Below, piece after piece: positions 58,329 to 64,000 of a stretch of 64,000 nucleotides of DNA. Within the stretch, counting starts at the first letter, position 1; each line of letters opens with the position of its first letter. The stretch is from Podospora anserina (taxonomy: Eukaryota), in NCBI GenBank assembly GCA_017654855.1, contig CM030336.1, forward strand, positions 1,550,001 to 1,614,000. Reading direction: 5' to 3'. The notes under the pieces are model-generated. The model saw only the letters and a program-made list of their open reading frames with translations. It ran no database searches and was not told where the DNA came from. The position numbers and the translations under genes are program-made.

Positions 58329-60797
58329 GGTCAACAATGATTCTCCGAACTGTGGGTGGAGCCTGGAAGGAGAGAGCATGTTGATGCGGGGCAGCCTGAG
58401 CTGAATCACAAGAATAAGATCGGACAGAGTAGGTAGGTTCTGGCCAGTTGGGGTGGCAGATGCAACCTGGAGGCAGTACCGTAAGCCGCATATTATCCAT
58501 CCATAATAGCGCTAGCCATGACGGGAAAATTGAATGCTCTTATCATACGATGATGTGTGTGTCACAATGGATGATCTGAATAGGTATTTTACCTACCGTA
58601 CTTCAGGTTTCCTTCTTGTGTGATATATGTGCTTTGTCCATTCTCTTCAATTACTACTTTGCATTAACTAACTGCCTGGATTTTAGAACTTAAGCTTACA
58701 GCCAAAGCTGATTGATGAGCTATCGATACTTGCTGGTCCTAAACAAGATGAGCAGAGCTACGTATGTCCAAAAGCATCTCTCCAGATGCCATGTTCTGAG
58801 GCAAAATATCCCCACAAGCATGAGACTCGCGTGGACCTTCCGCCTGGACGTGGTTCAGAGCTACTCCGACAAATGGTTAGCACATTGGCATGTTGAGATG
58901 AGAGCATCAACCTTGCTCTGCTGAGTTTCAACGCCTCTACTCCCGCAAGAGGACGACAAAGAACATGACAGCCCTAGAGTGTCCGGGACTATTCTTGATG
59001 GCGAAAGCCTTGCGGGTTTCGGGTCACCTGATTCAGAGCAGAAATATTCTCAGCCATGTGTCATACACTGAAGGCTTATTTTCTGGTTTCATTGCATGGT
59101 GAACATCAACACTGGCCCAAATTGGTGTCTTGAGTCACACTCTAGCCTCATCTAGAACGAAACAACCAGAGACGCAGTCTCCTCTTGGAATTTGGTGTAT
59201 TCACTCACAATCGTTCCCCAGGATAGAGACAAGGGTTCATAGTCCGAGAATAAAGTCCGACTCGTTTTCGCAAGTCCTATTTTGGCATGCTGCATTACGC
59301 TATCGTCTTGCAATGCAAATGCAGCGCTAAGAAAAGTCCCATGAAGACGAAAACAGGTGACTGGACGTACCTCACAAGACTGAGCATTGTCTTTATGAGT
59401 AACTTTGACTAAGATCAACCTGTGGTCTCCGATCCCTGCCAAGTTGTCATCCGGTTAAATGCGGGGAAGCATGCCTATTCATCCCTAGGGCTGACTCCTG
59501 TGGTGTCTAGGTTGTTCATTCGGTGTGATGTTGCTGCCTGTGCTACGGGTGCACCATGCCCCCATGGTAAGGTGCGGAGAGCGTGCCAAACTTTGGTCGA
59601 CTTTCCTCTCGTTCTTATGAGAGTTCTCTTTCTCTGGAGAACTTCCGCTGCAGCAGAAGCCCATCTACCAGCAAACGTGTTGAGCCGGCAGCTACGTAAA
59701 CTTGGCAACGTGGTGCTCAAACGCTTCTGAACTCTGGGATGCTAGCATAAATGCCTTATCCATCCTCATGGTACCAAGCTTTGTAGACACTCGGTGAACC
59801 GGGCCCCGGTCACTCAACCCCCACATGCTTGCTCCGAGAACCGGGGAAAGCTTCTATTGCCGGGGGTGTATAACGATGCCAATATGCATGGCTCGAAACA
59901 GTGAACCCCGCACGTTACCTTGCTGTCAGACTAAGGTACTTGCCCTAGAAGACATGCAGGGGACCGCCACTCATACTAGTAGGGACGGCGCGGCACGAAA
60001 ACTATGCCCGTTGTGTCTGATACCTACCTTGTAGGGTCTTTCATCACAGTCGAGGATTAACTGCTGCAAAAAATGAAACAAAAGGCAATCTGGGGCGACA
60101 GAAGACAAAGTCGTACGCCAAATAATTGAGACTCGCTGAGCTGATGAATGGGGGCCTGTTGAGGCTCTGTCAACCGTCGGCTCCCAAATAGTCCAGCGCT
60201 GATATACGTGACAGCACAGTCGTATAAGTGTACCAATCGGATGAAAACCCCCCACTTATGAGCAACATGGTCTAGTGGGGGTTTGGACAACAACGCCCTA
60301 CCAAACATTCCTCCAGCTTGGGTTTGGTCAGTGCGATGTTTCTCCTACCTGCAGGTTGCAGACTTCTTTCCTACCTTTATGCGTGGGCGAGACCTGGTTC
60401 GCCACGACAAACCCCTACTCACCGTTCACCGATCCTGGAATAGCCTCATTTCCGCATGCACATACCTTACCTAGCTCCTTCTCACAAGCATTAGTCGAGC
60501 TCCTACCCAAACAAACCTCCCTTTTATCAATCCGTCACAGGCTCACAGGACATCATCACGCCAAGCCCGATGGCGACAGAGCTGCTCAACAGAAATGCTC
60601 CCATGATCAAAAAGGGTCAACGGAGGTTGGAAGTGGCGAAAGCTCGTCTATAAAAGCCACGAGGTATCCTCCAACATTTCAGCCTGAATCTTCTTCACCA
60701 CCACCACCACCACCACCACCACACCTCACCTTCATATCGTTACTCAATCTCAACAAAAAGTTCTGAACACCTCAGTTCTTTCTTCACCACCACCAAA

Positions 60798-61265
60798 ATG
60801 AAGTTCACCATCACCGCCGCCGCCCTCAGCCTCCTCGGCCTCGCCTCCGCCGCTCCCGCCGAGGTAGTCGCCAAGCAGGCCCACGGCGCGACCAGTGCTC
60901 AAGTCACCAACTTTTCCGTCACCTGCGGTTCCTCCTCCTGCTCGTAAGTCAAACTCCTCTCGACCCGGACCTTTACTGACAGATTGATTCCCAGCTACAC
61001 CGCCCGCGCGGTGATCCTCCCCGAGAACGTGGCCGTCACCTTCACCCACACCACCACCGGCTCCACCATCCCGACCAACACCGGCTTCTTCACCAGCAGC
61101 GACCCCGCTGTCTTCTTCCGCATCAACAAGGCGCTCAGCGACTACCGCTTTGTGTTGAGCGACGCTCATGTTGTTGGTTCGGCTGTCAACTTGGATTATT
61201 TCAGCCCTGGGTCGCAGTGGACTGCTAGTTCCTACAGCGGGCCTTCTTCTTTTACTCTTTCTTAA
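60798..61265 (+). CDS. Small secreted protein, Alt a 1 / Hrip1 elicitor-like
   Basis: Signal peptide MKFTITAAALSLLGLASA; VTNFSVTCGSSSCSY with intron 60944-60994; C-terminal YSGPSSFTL; TATAAAA near 60648. Confidence 0.65.
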
Positions 61266-61855
61266 GCAGGGTGGTGGGTGTGTTTTGGGCGGGTCTGTGG
61301 AGGAGGGGGTGTGTGAATGGAAAGAGGTGAAGGGTTCAATGTTTTAACTGGAAAGGGTGTGTGGACTTCAAAGTAGTTTCATAGCCCGGATATGACAAAG
61401 AAACAGACTTACATGGGTGCCTCCTTTATCTCTTGGGTAGCTCTGGAAGCTGTTGTGTTTGGTTAAGGGCGTCTGCTTGAGGTCAAATGATGAGACACTG
61501 TTGTATACCATCCACTCTTTACTCATGTCATCTCTCATTCGGTGAGGTCGTGGTCTTGCCGGCCACCCCCTAAGAATCGGCAAAGATTACATACACCGAG
61601 GCCTTTCATACTCTCTGCATTGTATGGGTAGGTAACTGCACAGGCATCTTCAACACGGGCATCGGATCACCGTCTCTATGATACCCTCCAGTAGGTACCC
61701 TATACTATTCAAAATTTAAACCAACCCGGACTCAGACCGCTCACCACCTCGCATTCCCCCTCTTAACAGTACTCTCACGGTTCCCCTCCCCCAACTCCTC
61801 CCACCCGCCATTACTCTTCTTCCTCCTTGCATCACCATCTCCCCCAGTCTGGCCA

Positions 61856-62580
61856 TCATTGTTTCTCAGCCCTACTCACATTAACGCCCATCGTCTTCTG
61901 GATCGTCTTCAACGGATACTCATCCATCCCGTCCTCCTCCCCCACAAGCTCCCTCTGCGACCCAGTCCTGAACGACGTCTTGGAGATTGACTCGTTCTGG
62001 AACGTCGGCGGCGGGTACGTTCTCGCGGTGGGCATGCTGCCACTGACATTGCTATCGCCCGTCCTGCGGGAGCGAGACCCCAGAATGCGGGAGCGGAGGG
62101 ATGAAAAGAAGGCTGATTCGCTGAGGACGTTGCTCCAGAGACCCGGGAGGGCGGGTGTGCAGGCCACGATGACGGTGCCAAAGACTTCCATGTAGCTGTT
62201 TGTTGATGTTAGTGATTTCTGTTTGTTGGGAGGCACGGGTGGGGGGAAAGACATGCGCTGTGATGGCTACATTGCCGCCGTCCCAGATGGGATCGATGGT
62301 GTAGTAGGATACCCTGACTCTGTAGACCAGACCGACGACGCTGGTGACCACGACGCTGTGTGTTGTCCAATTCAGTAAATATACATGCGCCCTCCAAGTC
62401 CGAGGTACCAAGTGCCCACTTACAGGAACCCAACCAAAAACACAACCAGCAAACCCTTCTTCTTGGGCCGACTCAACGTCAACCCGGCGATGATGGGGAA
62501 GGGCATGATGAAAAGGGCCAGATCGGCCACCACGGCGCAGACATTGACTGTCTGCTTGTCTGCTTGCAGCCCCTACAAAC
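61856..62580 (-). pseudogene. 3' part of a PTH11-like membrane receptor; N-terminal half apparently missing
   Basis: Exons VNVCAVVADLALFIMPFPIIAGLTLSRPKKKGLLVVFLVGF / VTSVVGLVYRV..DPIW / EVFGTVIVACTPAL; the upstream region is occupied by an opposite-strand gene and I found no N-terminal TM exons. Confidence 0.55.
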
Positions 62581-62784
62581 AGCTAACCGCTCGTGGCTTT
62601 CCCCCGCCTCCCCTCCTGCCGCTCGGTGCATATCAAGACTCGTGTTTCGCCCGTCTTTAGCTTTGCTTGCCTCCTTGCCCACACCTCCAATACCTATCTT
62701 TTCCTTCCTTCCTTCCTGCCTACCAGAGATCGACAAAAAACTAAACCCTTTCCAAGAAATCCGCGCCTCCGCTGGCAAATCACA

Positions 62785-63180
62785 ATGTCGTATCCTTTCT
62801 CTCTACGCCACATCCCCGCGCTTATTCTCGCCGCCAGCAGCACCTTTGGCGGCATCTGGCCAATCTTCAACGCCGAGGGGGCCATGCTCGAGTTTGGCTT
62901 CCCTCCCAACGTCGCCCAAGCACCCGAGACAAAGCCTGTCATGGTTCAAGGCCAGTCTCGCACCACCATCATCGGTCTTGTCGCCTTCCTCTTTTACTTT
63001 AGGGGGAAATTCGCCGAGTTGGACACCATCATGACGGTGTATGGGTTTTATGCTGGCATTCTCGACACGTATATCGTCTACAAGGGGGGCAACCCCAGCT
63101 GGGCGCTCTTCCGTCTTGCGGCGTCGTGGGTCTTTGGTTTCTGCGGGATCGCGGGGTTAACTGCTTCCTCCCTGTCTTGA
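62785..63180 (+). CDS. DUF4267-like small membrane protein
   Basis: MSYPFSLRHIPAL..FGGIWPIFNAEGAMLEFGFP..SRTTIIG..AGILD..ALFRL; four hydrophobic helices. Confidence 0.75.
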   Translation: MSYPFSLRHIPALILAASSTFGGIWPIFNAEGAMLEFGFPPNVAQAPETKPVMVQGQSRTTIIGLVAFLFYFRGKFAELDTIMTVYGFYAGILDTYIVYKGGNPSWALFRLAASWVFGFCGIAGLTASSLS

Positions 63181-63879
63181 GCTGGGTGTATCTTGGGTGT
63201 GTTCGTTGTGTTCGTGGCTTGGCGACACCTCTTGTTTCGGTCTAGATTATCAGATATCAAAAATAAGGCGGCTTCTTCGGCCTCGGTTTCACATTGTTGG
63301 GCTGTTGGTTCCTATGCGCAGAGACGCGGGCTGTCAGGCAGTCAACAGTCTGACTTGTGTGGATGGGGGCAGGGTCCTCTGATTTGATATCCAGTATGTG
63401 TTTTATATTAACACCCGGGGCACTGTACGTGTGCTACCAGCTCAGCCTGGCCACGCTACCACACCCCCCTTCATGCAAGGTAAACGTCCCGACGTGCATG
63501 CAACCCCCCTGGGACGCCTGGAAAGCGACACACTGTGTCGACTTGAACCTGTCATCAGCTTGTCGTTTGTTTGAGCGATGATCTCCCAACGCAACATCCG
63601 AACAGTTGGTTCGCATTTTTTATGACTTGTCAAGGCAGCCTGGCCCAACCGACAGACATTTTATTTTTCTTTCCACCTTCACCCCTTCCCCCCCACCATT
63701 CTCCTCCTCTCATTCCCTCAATCCTCCTCCCCTCCCACATCTGCCGGGGTTGTAACATGTACGGACTAGCTCAAACGGCTTTTTGAACGCCGTACCCGCT
63801 TGATCCTTCTCCGTCCTCTGTCTCGACTTCACCTCTTTCTTACAGTCAGCTCCATTATCACCAGAGCTCACACCAAATC

Positions 63880-64000
63880 ATGGCGGCTCCCCTAGGCCCA
63901 ACAGCCTCCCCCGCCGACCCAGGCTCCCTCCTCCAAACCCCCTCCCACCACGACACCGCCGAGAAGACCTCCCCCACAGTAGTCAAAGAAGCGGACAAGT
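63880..64000 (+). CDS. 5' end of an unidentified gene running off the window
   Basis: CAAATCATGG start context; open frame MAAPLGPTASPADPGSLLQTPSHHDTAEKTSPTVVKEADK to the window end. Confidence 0.45.
   Translation, partial: MAAPLGPTASPADPGSLLQTPSHHDTAEKTSPTVVKEADK

Noticed and set aside
58500-60700. Several 60-160-aa ORFs
   Set aside because: No motifs, codon bias or splice structure; treated as intergenic.

Overview
Eukaryotic (filamentous ascomycete, Sordariales-like; style consistent with Podospora, inferred) genomic DNA with short GT-AG introns. The left ~12 kb is an 'immunity/cell-death'-type island: a subtilisin (S8) protease gene (5'-truncated by the window) tail-to-tail with a fungal gasdermin (RCD-1/HET-Q1-like), then a secreted Kex2-processed cationic 6-Cys peptide precursor, a HET-domain gene, three 2EXR-family paralogues (one long, one truncated, one inverted pseudogene) and a decayed TPR-like remnant. 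Next come a nested, inverted pair of Fot1/pogo (Tc1-mariner) DNA transposons heavily mutated by RIP, a siderophore MFS transporter with two ATCWGATAA boxes upstream, kelch, DUF3433 and membrane-protein genes, a second HET gene, a second secreted 6-Cys peptide precursor, a third (pseudogenised) HET gene split by another Fot1-like transposon, an aspartic-protease-fold membrane protein, PTH11-like receptors, an FAD oxidoreductase, a CorA-like-tail protein, an Alt a 1/Hrip1-like secreted protein, a DUF4267 protein and two intron-containing tRNA-Ala(CGC) genes (one degenerate). All family assignments are by motif recognition, without database searches.
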